From NCBI GenBank assembly GCA_965224025.1, contig OZ245033.1:3936001-4000000 (forward strand): a DNA stretch of 64,000 bases, written 5' to 3'. The position numbers and the translations under genes are program-made. The stretch's first letter is position 1, and every line of letters begins with the position of its first letter. Of the stretch, positions 53,484 through 62,478 are shown piece after piece. Below the pieces are notes generated by a model, which worked only from the letters and a program-made list of their open reading frames with translations, was not told the DNA's origin and made no database searches. The stretch comes from Candidatus Multivorans sp. GTDB taxonomy: Bacteria; Acidobacteriota; Thermoanaerobaculia; Multivoradales; Multivoraceae.

Positions 53484-53795
53484 CCAGCCAACCCGGCATC
53501 CGGGTCCACGATTCGTAACCTCCGGCAGCGCCGAGGCTTCACCCGGCGCTGATAGACTGCGCCGATTCTTCGCCACTCCACCGCGTATTCACGATCCACC
53601 CCGCATTCGCCACCTACCCGCACTTTCTGGAGGCCGAGCGCCGTGACCCTTTTCCGCACCAGCGCCCCGAAGCCCCTCGCACGCTCGGTGTTTCGGCCCA
53701 TCCCATCCTCAACCTGGAGCTCGCGCAGCGGAACCCGAGTGGCGCGATCCGCGCCACCCCTGAACCAGGCCGAGCGCCCGTCCACGGGCGCTCGG

Positions 53796-55961
53796 ATGGC
53801 ACTTGCGTCGCGGCGGTCCGCGGCGCCAGCTCCAGGTATTCCGATCTGGCTCGCGACGTTCGCCGCCATGATCCTGCTCGCCGCGCTACCGGCGATCGCC
53901 CAGGAACCCGCCGATGCGGAGGCGGATGCAGAAGCCGCCGACCAGGCCGACGGCGCCGAAGAGGGAAGCGCCGGGGACGAGGAAGAGCCGCCGCTCCCGC
54001 CCGGCGCGGAGCTCCAGGTGTCGCCGACCGAGTTGACCCTGGAGGTCGGCGACAAGGCCGCTCTGACCGCGACCGTCCTGGACGAGGATGGCGAGCCGAT
54101 CGAGGACGTCACCGTCGTCTTCTTCTCCCGCAACCGCCGGCGGCTCGGAGTCAACCCGGCCGGCGAGGTCGAAGCGCACGGTCCCGGGAACGTCACCGTC
54201 ATCGCCTTGGTGCCGAAGGAGGCCGAGGACGAACCGAGGCGCGCGGAAGCGCTGCTTCGAGTCGAAGTGGAAGTGACGATTCCGAACCCGCCGGTCGAGA
54301 GCGTTGAGGTCGTGGACCTCCCCGGCGTCTTCTACGCCGGTACCGACCTGCCCCTTCAGGCCCGCGTCGTCGACATCACCGCGGTCGAACGCGATGACGT
54401 CGAGGTCAGCTACTCGAGTTCCGACACCGGCGTCGTGGCGCCCGACGGTTTCGGCGGCCTGAGTCTGGTGGCGCCCGGGACGGCGACACTTACGGCAACC
54501 GCCGAGAATGCCTCCCACGAAGTCGAGATCACCGTCGTCAAGAACCCCACCGCACGACTCGAACTGACCGCCTCCGCCGACAACACGCGCACCGGCGACG
54601 TGGTCTGGTTCGAGGCGGTCGGGCTTGACGGGGACAGCGACGAGGTCGAGGACCTGCCCGTCCGGTTCCTGGTCGCGGGCGCACCGTCGGCGCAGATTCT
54701 GGCGCCCGGCGCCGCCGCCCAGATCGAGCAGGACGGCGCCTTCGTGGCCGAACGGTCGGGCATCTACACGGTGACGGCTCTGGCGGGCAATCACTCCGCC
54801 AGCCTGCCGGTGCGGGTGACGCCGCGGAAGGTGAACAAGGAGATCGAGTTCGTCGGCCAGGGCAAGGTCAGCGACCGCCGCACGTCCGACCTCTGGGTCT
54901 GGGAAGGAACCGACGGCAACGACTACGCGATCACGGGCACCTGGGGCGCCGAGGGCCACGCCTACGTCTGGGACGTGACCAATCCGGAGAGCATCGTGCT
55001 CATCGACGCGGTCCGCGTGGACGCCCGTACCGTGAACGACGTCAAGGTCTCCGAGGACGGCCGGGTCGCGGTGATCAGCCGCGAGGGCGCCTCGAACCGC
55101 AAGAACGGCTTCGTCGTCCTCGACGTTTCCGAACCTCAGGTCGGCGTGCGCATCCTGTCCCGGTTCGACGATCAGTTGCGCGGCGGCGTCCACAACGTGT
55201 ACATCCATGACGAGCACGTCTACGCGCTCTCGAACGGCCGGCGTTTCGACGTGATCAGCATCGAGGACCCGTCCCAGCCGTACCGTGTCGGCCGCTTCGA
55301 GTTGGACACGCCGGGGCACTCGATCCACGACGTCTGGGTCGCCTCTGGCGTCGCGTTCACCTCGAACTGGGAGGACGGCGTGGTCGCGATCGATGTCGGC
55401 GGCGCCGGCATGGGCGGTGCCCCGAACAATCCCGTGCAGCTCGGCAGCTACGCCTACCCGAGCGGCTGGAACCACGCCGCCTACCCCTACCGCAGCGAGT
55501 CGACGGGCAAGTTCTACGTCTTCGCCGGCGACGAGGCATTCCCGTACGGCGAACTCGGACGCGACCCGCGCGCCGCGCCGCCCCGCGCCGCCGGCTGGAT
55601 CCACGTCATTTCGTGGGACGACTGGGAGAGCCCCCGCGAGGTCGCCCGCTACCAGGTGCCCGAGGCCGGGACCCATAACCTCTGGATCGAGGACGACATC
55701 CTCTACGTCGCCTACTACAACGGCGGCCTCCGGGTCGTCGACGTCTCGGGTGAGTTGCGAGGCGATCTCTACCAACAGGGCCGCGAGATCGGCATGTTCA
55801 TGCCCTTCGATCCCGAGGCTGTCGTGCCCAATGCGCCCTTCGTCTGGGGTCCGCAGCCCTACAAGGACCACGTCTTCTTCTCGGACTGGCACTCCGGGCT
55901 GTGGGCGGTCAAGCTGAAGGATCCCGATGATCCGAACCGCATCATCGGAGAGCCGCACTAG
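53796..55961 (+). CDS. Secreted protein with Ig-like domains and a C-terminal LVIVD-repeat beta-propeller
   Basis: Signal-like hydrophobic stretch ending AIA-Q; VSYSSSDTGV Ig repeats; FVVLDVS, VVAIDVG and LRVVDVS repeats with HN/HD motifs. Start uncertain. Confidence 0.75.
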   Translation: MALASRRSAAPAPGIPIWLATFAAMILLAALPAIAQEPADAEADAEAADQADGAEEGSAGDEEEPPLPPGAELQVSPTELTLEVGDKAALTATVLDEDGEPIEDVTVVFFSRNRRRLGVNPAGEVEAHGPGNVTVIALVPKEAEDEPRRAEALLRVEVEVTIPNPPVESVEVVDLPGVFYAGTDLPLQARVVDITAVERDDVEVSYSSSDTGVVAPDGFGGLSLVAPGTATLTATAENASHEVEITVVKNPTARLELTASADNTRTGDVVWFEAVGLDGDSDEVEDLPVRFLVAGAPSAQILAPGAAAQIEQDGAFVAERSGIYTVTALAGNHSASLPVRVTPRKVNKEIEFVGQGKVSDRRTSDLWVWEGTDGNDYAITGTWGAEGHAYVWDVTNPESIVLIDAVRVDARTVNDVKVSEDGRVAVISREGASNRKNGFVVLDVSEPQVGVRILSRFDDQLRGGVHNVYIHDEHVYALSNGRRFDVISIEDPSQPYRVGRFELDTPGHSIHDVWVASGVAFTSNWEDGVVAIDVGGAGMGGAPNNPVQLGSYAYPSGWNHAAYPYRSESTGKFYVFAGDEAFPYGELGRDPRAAPPRAAGWIHVISWDDWESPREVARYQVPEAGTHNLWIEDDILYVAYYNGGLRVVDVSGELRGDLYQQGREIGMFMPFDPEAVVPNAPFVWGPQPYKDHVFFSDWHSGLWAVKLKDPDDPNRIIGEPH

Positions 55962-55981
55962 CGGCATTCGGGATCGGCCGG

Positions 55982-57145
55982 ATGCGCATGTCGACTTCCT
56001 GGCTGCCGTGGTGGGCAGCGGCGACGGCCCTCGTTCTGGCCGCCGCCACGGTGACCCCGGAAACGGTCCGCGCAGAGTCCGATCCCGTCCCGCCGTCACG
56101 CAACTACTACGCCTACGTCTGCGCCGAGTCCGAGGACGAGGTGGCCCTGATCCGGTTCGGCCCTTCCGGTACCTCGATCGTCAAGACGATCACCGTCGGC
56201 AGCTTCCCGGCTGAGATCGAGGGCCCCCACGGCATCAACATCTCGGCCGGCGGCCGCTACTGGTACGTCTCGATCGCCCACGGCAACCCCTTCGGTTCCA
56301 TCCACAAGTACGCCACCGGCACCGACGAGTGGCTGGGCGACACGAGAGTCGGCATGTTTCCGGCCACCCTCGACATCGCCGCCACCACGGGGCTGCTGTT
56401 CGTCGTCAACTCGGACTTCTACGGCGACCACGTGCCGAGCACGATCTCCGTCGTCGAGACGTCGACGATGACCGAGATCGCGCAGTTCGAGAGCGGCACG
56501 ATGCCGCACGGAGCAAGGCTCAGCCGTGACGGCCGGAAGCTCTACAGCGTGAACATGATGGACGACGAACTCGTCGAGGTCGACGCGCTCCGCTTCGAGG
56601 TCGGTCGGCGACTCAAGCTGGGTACCGAGACCGGCATGGGCGGCGCCCACGGGAAGCACGGCGACCATCAGACCGGAGAGAGCCACGCGAATACCCACGC
56701 CGGCGCCGCGGTCGAGCCCTCCTGGGTCACACCCCCGACGGCCGGCGGCCTCATCTACGTCACGGCTCTTTCGGGCAACGCGATCTACGAGGTCGACACC
56801 GGCAAGTGGAGTGTCTCGCGACGCCTGGACACCCCGGTGCCCGGCCCCTATAACGCGGCCGTCACACCGGACGAACGCCTGCTGGTCGTGACCTACAAGA
56901 AGAGCGATTCGATCGGCTTCTGGGACCTGGAAACGGGCAGCGAAGTGGCTCGCGCCGATACCACCCGACGCATTCCGCACGGCGTGGCGATCACTTCGGA
57001 CGGCCGCTTCAGCCTGGTCACGGTCGAGGGCGTCGGCGGCGAACCGGGAGTGGTCGAGGTCTACGACAACGCCGCATACCGGCGCGTCGCCCATATCGAC
57101 ATCGGCAAACAGGCCGGAGGCATTGCTCTCTGGGAACCGAATTGA
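55982..57145 (+). CDS. YncE/YVTN-type beta-propeller secreted protein
   Basis: Signal peptide; repeated PHG blades (GPHGI, MPHGA, IPHGV); His-rich loop. Confidence 0.8.
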   Translation: MRMSTSWLPWWAAATALVLAAATVTPETVRAESDPVPPSRNYYAYVCAESEDEVALIRFGPSGTSIVKTITVGSFPAEIEGPHGINISAGGRYWYVSIAHGNPFGSIHKYATGTDEWLGDTRVGMFPATLDIAATTGLLFVVNSDFYGDHVPSTISVVETSTMTEIAQFESGTMPHGARLSRDGRKLYSVNMMDDELVEVDALRFEVGRRLKLGTETGMGGAHGKHGDHQTGESHANTHAGAAVEPSWVTPPTAGGLIYVTALSGNAIYEVDTGKWSVSRRLDTPVPGPYNAAVTPDERLLVVTYKKSDSIGFWDLETGSEVARADTTRRIPHGVAITSDGRFSLVTVEGVGGEPGVVEVYDNAAYRRVAHIDIGKQAGGIALWEPN

Positions 57146-58584
57146 GCCCGCCTGAAGCCGATTCCCCGGTCGCCGGCCAGGCCGCGGCCGGTCTGCGCAG
57201 CGACTTCCTGCGGCGCCTTGCCGCGGTTGACCGGCGGCTCCGCCTGCGGCGCGCCCTCGCGGCGTTCGTTTGGCTGGTGCCCGCGATCTGCCTCTGGCTG
57301 CTCTCGACCTGGCTGCTGAACCTCGCGGCCGGCGCCGACGGCAGCGCCGCGGCCTTGTGGCCGTCGTGGGCGGGCGGCATCGTCCTCCTCGCGCTGCTAC
57401 TCCGCGAGGCCGTCTCGCTCGGCCACAATCTTCCCGCCGCGGCCCGGGCCGTGGATCAGGCGGGCGATCTGCACGACACGGTCGCCACCGCCCTGGAGAT
57501 GCAGAAGAGCGCCGCCGAAACCGTCTGGCCACCGCCCTGGATCGCGCTCGTCCTCGAACGCGGAGTCGCGGGCCTGGAGCGCACCGGCGCGCGCAAGGCG
57601 GCGCCCCGCCTCATTCCCCGGGGCGCTGCGGTCTCGGCCATCCTGAGCGCGGTTCTGCTGGTGCCGATCGCCTTGCCGACCTCCTTTGTCGGCGAGGCGC
57701 TGGCCGCGGCGATGACCGGCGACGACGCGGAATCAGCCACGCGCGGCCTCGAAGCGGCTGCGCTACTGGAAGAAGAACCCGGTCGCCGTCCCGGTGTTCC
57801 TGAGTTCGACGTACGGCTCAGCGACCTGCCCTTCCTGACCCTCCGGATCCGCGAGCCCGATTCGTCGGACGATGCCCGGAGAGGCGTCGGAGACGGCGCA
57901 GACGGCGCCGAGGGAAGTCTCGGCGACGACCCGCAGGCCGAACCCGCCGAAGGCAACGGCGAAGGCGGCGAGGCCACGGCAGCCGATCTCGCCGGCGAAC
58001 TGAACTCCGAGACCGGCGCCGACCTGATGCGTGAACTGGACACCGGCGAAGGCGCCGGAGAAGATGAGTTGAGCGCCCCCGGCACGCCGGGCGAAGGTGA
58101 GGGCGCCGAGGCCGGAGCCGAAACCGCAGCCGGCGAGGGCGCCGGCGGCCAACCCACGGAAGACGGCGAAGGCTCCGGCAACGAGAGCGGCACGGCGGCG
58201 GCCGTCAGCGAAGAACCTGGAGCCAGCAGCGCCGAGGCCGACGGCGGCACGGCCGGTGTCGGTACCGGACCGCAGGACGAGATGGTCGATCCCTTCGGCG
58301 ACCTCCTGGCACCAGCCCTCAGCCTCGAACAGGCACTCGAGACGGCCGTGCTCGAGTCGCGCGAGGAAATCGAACGGCGGCCCCTGACAACGACCAGTGC
58401 CACCCAGTTTCGGGCCGCGGAAGTGGCGATGCGCGGCTCCGGCGCCAGCGTCGGCGCCAACAACCCAACCGCCGCAACGGGCGATTTGCCGCAGCCCCGG
58501 CATCCGATCGCCTGGCGCCACCGGGTTTCCGTGCGGCGCTACCTGGAGTCGCTAGAGGACGTTTCTTCGGAGGACAGGGAGTGA
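57142..58584 (+). CDS. Membrane protein with Gly/Glu-rich tail (MoxR-operon associated)
   Basis: Three TM segments, AARAVD...LHDTVATALE and terminal VRRYLESL; overlaps both neighbours. Confidence 0.65.
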   Translation: MSPPEADSPVAGQAAAGLRSDFLRRLAAVDRRLRLRRALAAFVWLVPAICLWLLSTWLLNLAAGADGSAAALWPSWAGGIVLLALLLREAVSLGHNLPAAARAVDQAGDLHDTVATALEMQKSAAETVWPPPWIALVLERGVAGLERTGARKAAPRLIPRGAAVSAILSAVLLVPIALPTSFVGEALAAAMTGDDAESATRGLEAAALLEEEPGRRPGVPEFDVRLSDLPFLTLRIREPDSSDDARRGVGDGADGAEGSLGDDPQAEPAEGNGEGGEATAADLAGELNSETGADLMRELDTGEGAGEDELSAPGTPGEGEGAEAGAETAAGEGAGGQPTEDGEGSGNESGTAAAVSEEPGASSAEADGGTAGVGTGPQDEMVDPFGDLLAPALSLEQALETAVLESREEIERRPLTTTSATQFRAAEVAMRGSGASVGANNPTAATGDLPQPRHPIAWRHRVSVRRYLESLEDVSSEDRE

Positions 58585-59594
58585 ACGACACCGCCGAACC
58601 CCGGACCGCGACCGACCTGGCGCTGCAGTTGACCGAGTTCGCCGAACGCTGCAGCCAACTGCGCGGCGAGATCGGCAACGTGATCGTCGGCCAGGACGAG
58701 ATCGCCCTTGGCGTGATCATCGGTCTGCTTGCCGACGGCCATGTCCTGCTCGAGGGCATTCCCGGTCTCGGCAAGACGCGGCTGGTGCGCACCCTGGCCG
58801 ATGCTCTTCATGTCGAGTTCTCCCGCATCCAGTTCACACCGGACCTGATGCCCGCCGACATCGTCGGCACCCACGTCCTGCGCGAAGACGAGAGGGGCCG
58901 GCGGCGGCTCGTGTTCGAGCCCGGACCGATCTTCGCGAATCTCCTGCTCGCGGACGAGATCAACCGCGCCACGCCGAAGACCCAGTCGGCCCTGCTCGAG
59001 GCGATGCAGGAGACGACGGTCACCGTCGGCGGCGAGACGAACCCCCTGGGGCCCCCCTTCTTCGTCCTCGCCACCCAGAACCCGCTGGAAATGGAGGGGA
59101 CGTACCCGTTGCCCGAGGCGCAGCTCGACCGCTTCCTGTTCAAGCTGCGGATGACGTACCCGGGGACCGAGGAACTGCACACGATTCTCGACCGCACGAC
59201 ATCAGGGCACACGCCGACCGCGGCCGCGCTTTGGACCGCCGAACAGGTGATGACGATGCGGCGAGCGGTCCGCCTCGCCCCGATCGCGCGTCCCGTCCAG
59301 GACTACGCGATCCGGCTCGGCTTGGCGACCCGGCCCGAAGGAGACCGTCCCGCCGAGGCGGTTCGCCGCTACGTGCGTATCGGCGCCAGCCCGCGTGGCG
59401 TGCAGGCGATGGTCCTCGGCGCCAAGGTTCACGCACTCATCCGCGGCCGTGCGCACGTCTCCCGCGAGGACATCCGCGCCGTCGCCCTGCCCGCCCTGCG
59501 CCACAGGGTCCTGCTCAACTTCGAGGGCGAAGCGGAACGCATCGACCTGGACGATCTGCTCCAGGACCTGGTCGACAACGTGCCCGAGGGCTGA
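58581..59594 (+). CDS. moxR: MoxR-family AAA+ ATPase
   Basis: EGIPGLGKT, RIQFTPDLMPAD, DEINRATPKTQSALLEAMQE and YPLPEAQLDRF. Confidence 0.96.
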   Translation: MNDTAEPRTATDLALQLTEFAERCSQLRGEIGNVIVGQDEIALGVIIGLLADGHVLLEGIPGLGKTRLVRTLADALHVEFSRIQFTPDLMPADIVGTHVLREDERGRRRLVFEPGPIFANLLLADEINRATPKTQSALLEAMQETTVTVGGETNPLGPPFFVLATQNPLEMEGTYPLPEAQLDRFLFKLRMTYPGTEELHTILDRTTSGHTPTAAALWTAEQVMTMRRAVRLAPIARPVQDYAIRLGLATRPEGDRPAEAVRRYVRIGASPRGVQAMVLGAKVHALIRGRAHVSREDIRAVALPALRHRVLLNFEGEAERIDLDDLLQDLVDNVPEG

Positions 59595-59614
59595 GAAGGC
59601 TCTACCCGCCCGCC

Positions 59615-60520
59615 GTGGCCGACCATTCCGCCTTCGCCTTCGAGCCGGCCTTCCTCGCCCGCCTGGAGCGCCTCCGGCTGCTGACCCGCCGCGTGCCCGC
59701 GGGCGGCTTCAAGGGGGAGCATCGCGCCACCCACTTCGGCTCCGGAATCGAATTCGCGGACTACCGCCCCTACGTCGAGGGCGACGATGTACGCCACCTC
59801 GACTGGCGCGCGTACCTGCGGTTCGACCGCCTGCTGCTGCGGATGTTCGAGGAACACGGCGATCTCGCGGTCTACATCCTGCTCGACTGCAGCCGCTCCA
59901 TGGCGCCCACGCCGGGCGCCTTCGGCCGTCGCAAGTTCGATGCCGCGCGCCGGCTCGCGGCCGCCCTGACCTACATCGCCCTCGCCACCCTCGACCGGGT
60001 CACGCTGGCGCCCTACTCGAGCCACGCACACCAGGTTCTCGGGCCGCTGCACGGTTCCCGACAGGTGTGGCGCGCGCTCGACTTTCTGGCAGATCTCCAC
60101 ACCGGGGGCGACACCCGGCTCGACCACGCCGTCCGCCAGGTGTTCGCCGCCGGCCGCCGGCGCGGCCTGGTGATCCTGATCTCCGACCTGCTCTCGGACA
60201 CGACGGAGGGCGGTCTCGACCTGCTCCTGCCGCTGCGCCACGACGTCGCGGTCCTCCAGGTCACCGATCACCAGGACCTGGAAGCGCCGCTCGACCGCGA
60301 CACGACGCTGGTCGACAGCGAGACCGGGGACACCATCCGCGTCCATGGCGCTCCCACACTGCTCCACAAACTGGAAGACGAGGCCGACGCCCACCGGGAC
60401 GAGATTCGCGCCCGCTGCGCTGCCCGTGGCTGGTCCTTCATCCAGGCACCGGTCGAGATGCGCTTCGAGGAGCTGGCTCTCGGCGCCCTACGCCAGGGTC
60501 TGCTCAGCCGGGGCCGCTAG
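59615..60520 (+). CDS. DUF58 domain protein
   Basis: GSGIEFADYRPYVEGDDVRHLDW, LDCSRSM and LISDL. Confidence 0.92.
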   Translation: MADHSAFAFEPAFLARLERLRLLTRRVPAGGFKGEHRATHFGSGIEFADYRPYVEGDDVRHLDWRAYLRFDRLLLRMFEEHGDLAVYILLDCSRSMAPTPGAFGRRKFDAARRLAAALTYIALATLDRVTLAPYSSHAHQVLGPLHGSRQVWRALDFLADLHTGGDTRLDHAVRQVFAAGRRRGLVILISDLLSDTTEGGLDLLLPLRHDVAVLQVTDHQDLEAPLDRDTTLVDSETGDTIRVHGAPTLLHKLEDEADAHRDEIRARCAARGWSFIQAPVEMRFEELALGALRQGLLSRGR

Positions 60521-60554
60521 AGTCTTGCTCGGCCCAACCACTCACAACCCCGAA

Positions 60555-60584
60555 CCTGGGAACGCGGGCATCCTGCCCGCATCC
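60555..60584 (+). repeat. REP-like palindromic repeat, intergenic copy
   Basis: CCTGGGAACGCGGGCA-TCC-TGCCCGCATCC. Confidence 0.7.
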
Positions 60585-60616
60585 GGCGCGCAGCGCCGGT
60601 TCGGTTGGCCCTAGCC

Positions 60617-62473
60617 ATGCCTCTCTGGCTACCTCTCCTGCTCGCCGCCCTCGCCGTGCTCGTGATCTACCTGATCCGGCCCACGGCGCAGACGCTGTCG
60701 GTTGCCTCCACGTTGCTCTGGCGGCGCCTGCTGGCCGCCCGGCGGAAGCGGCACGACCGCCTGCGCTGGCTGCTCTCGCTGCTTCTCGCGATGACCGTGG
60801 CCGGCTGTCTGGCGCTGGCCGCCGGCCAGGCGCCCTGGCTCCAGCCCGGCGGCGGCGATCGGATCGCTCTCGTCTTCGACTCCTCGCCCACCATGCGCGC
60901 CGCCCTGCCGGACGGAGCGGCGAGCCGGATGGAACTGGCAATGGCCGAAGCGCGCCGGATCGTTGCCGAAGCCGATGCCGGCAGCCGCTTCACGCTGGGC
61001 ACGGACCCGACTCAGCTCACAGCCGCGGAGGCTCTGCTCGCCCTGTCCGGATCGGCTCTGGGAACGCGGGCGTCTCGCCCGCATCCCGTACCGCCCCACG
61101 GAGACCGTGCGTCCTTCGGTCCCGAGGAGGCGGAAGGTAACCCCGAACCGGCGATTCCCGCCGCGGACATGGTCTACCTCTTCACCGACGGCGCCTCTGA
61201 CTGGAGGCCGATCACGGACCCCGCCACAGCGATCCGCACGGTGTCGGTCCTCGCGCCGGCCCGGAACGCGGGCATCGTCCTCTTCGTGACCCGCCCGGCG
61301 CCCAGCCACGAAGCGAAGCCGGAGGCACTGCTCGAAGTCCTGGCTACAGATTCCGTCGACATCTCCGATCCGGTGCCCGTGGAATTGACGGTCTCCGATT
61401 CCGAGACGATTCGCATCCGGCGGCAACTCGAACTGCCTCCAGCCAACCGTTTCACCGCCCTGATCGACATCAGCGGCTTCGTCCCCGGTCCGGTGACGGC
61501 GCGCCTCCAGACGCCCGGCGATGTCTTCCCACTGGATGACCGGGCGACCCTGATCGACGCAGGCAGCACGGCGGCCGCCGACGCGGTGCCGCGTGCCGCG
61601 CTACTCCATAGCCGCCTGAGCAGCGAGCGGCGCCTGTTCGTTCATACCCGCAGCCGAGCCTCCTTCGGCGATTCTGCCGCCGCGCGCGCTTTCGAGGCCG
61701 ACCCCTCCGTCGAAGTCGTCGCCGTGCAGGCAGAAACGGAGGCCGACGCCGGCGAAACCGGCGCGCAGTCACCGGCAGCAGCCGACACAACCGTTACAGC
61801 CGACATCGCCGTCTTCCACCGCACCGCGCCGGCGAGGCCCCCAGCCCTGCCCCGCCTGTTCCTCGACCCCCCGGAAGCCCTTGCGGCCGGAGGACTCTCG
61901 GCCGCCGAAGCTGCGCCCCGGGCTCAGCGCCGCATCGACCGCGTCGCAGTCGACCACCCGATCCTGGCCGGTGTCTCGCTGCTCGGTCTGCCGGCAACCA
62001 TCACGGCGCGCGAACTCGACCCCCGCTGCAGACCCCTGGCCACGGCCGGCAACCTGACCGCCATCGCCGCCTGCGATCCCGCCGACCCCGCCTCGCCGCC
62101 GCTCTCCTCCTCCGATCCCGCACCGCCGGACCTCACGGCCCGCTCCGTCGTCATCGCCTTCGACCTCGACCTCTCCCCCCTGTCTCAGCGCCCCGACCTC
62201 GCCGCCCTGCTCCAGAACGCCACCGAATGGCTCGCCACGGTCGACATCCACGCCGACGAACCGTCCGCCACCGGCCTCCAGGACGCCATCAATCTCCAGG
62301 AAGAATGGGCCACCCGGATCAACGACTCCGACCTCGAACCCGTAGCCCCCGATCGTCTCGCCGAACTCACCGAAGACACCCGCCGCCCCTGGTCCTGGCG
62401 CACCCTCGCCCTGGCCGGCCTCCTCCTCGCCTCCATCGAGGCGGTCACCTTCTTCCGCGGCCTCACGGTGTAA
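60617..62473 (+). CDS. BatA/VWA-domain membrane protein
   Basis: N-terminal double TM with VASTLLW, DSSPTM MIDAS-like motif, FTDG and a C-terminal TM. Confidence 0.8.
   Translation: MPLWLPLLLAALAVLVIYLIRPTAQTLSVASTLLWRRLLAARRKRHDRLRWLLSLLLAMTVAGCLALAAGQAPWLQPGGGDRIALVFDSSPTMRAALPDGAASRMELAMAEARRIVAEADAGSRFTLGTDPTQLTAAEALLALSGSALGTRASRPHPVPPHGDRASFGPEEAEGNPEPAIPAADMVYLFTDGASDWRPITDPATAIRTVSVLAPARNAGIVLFVTRPAPSHEAKPEALLEVLATDSVDISDPVPVELTVSDSETIRIRRQLELPPANRFTALIDISGFVPGPVTARLQTPGDVFPLDDRATLIDAGSTAAADAVPRAALLHSRLSSERRLFVHTRSRASFGDSAAARAFEADPSVEVVAVQAETEADAGETGAQSPAAADTTVTADIAVFHRTAPARPPALPRLFLDPPEALAAGGLSAAEAAPRAQRRIDRVAVDHPILAGVSLLGLPATITARELDPRCRPLATAGNLTAIAACDPADPASPPLSSSDPAPPDLTARSVVIAFDLDLSPLSQRPDLAALLQNATEWLATVDIHADEPSATGLQDAINLQEEWATRINDSDLEPVAPDRLAELTEDTRRPWSWRTLALAGLLLASIEAVTFFRGLTV
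61058..61086 (+). repeat. REP-like palindromic repeat, copy inside the BatA/VWA gene
   Basis: CTGGGAACGCGGGCG-TCT-CGCCCGCATCC. Confidence 0.7.
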
Positions 62474-62478
62474 CGGGA

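Noticed and set aside
61261-61280. Possible fourth REP-like copy (GGAACGCGGGCATC)
   Set aside because: It lacks the second arm of the palindrome and encodes a plausible conserved RNAGI peptide.
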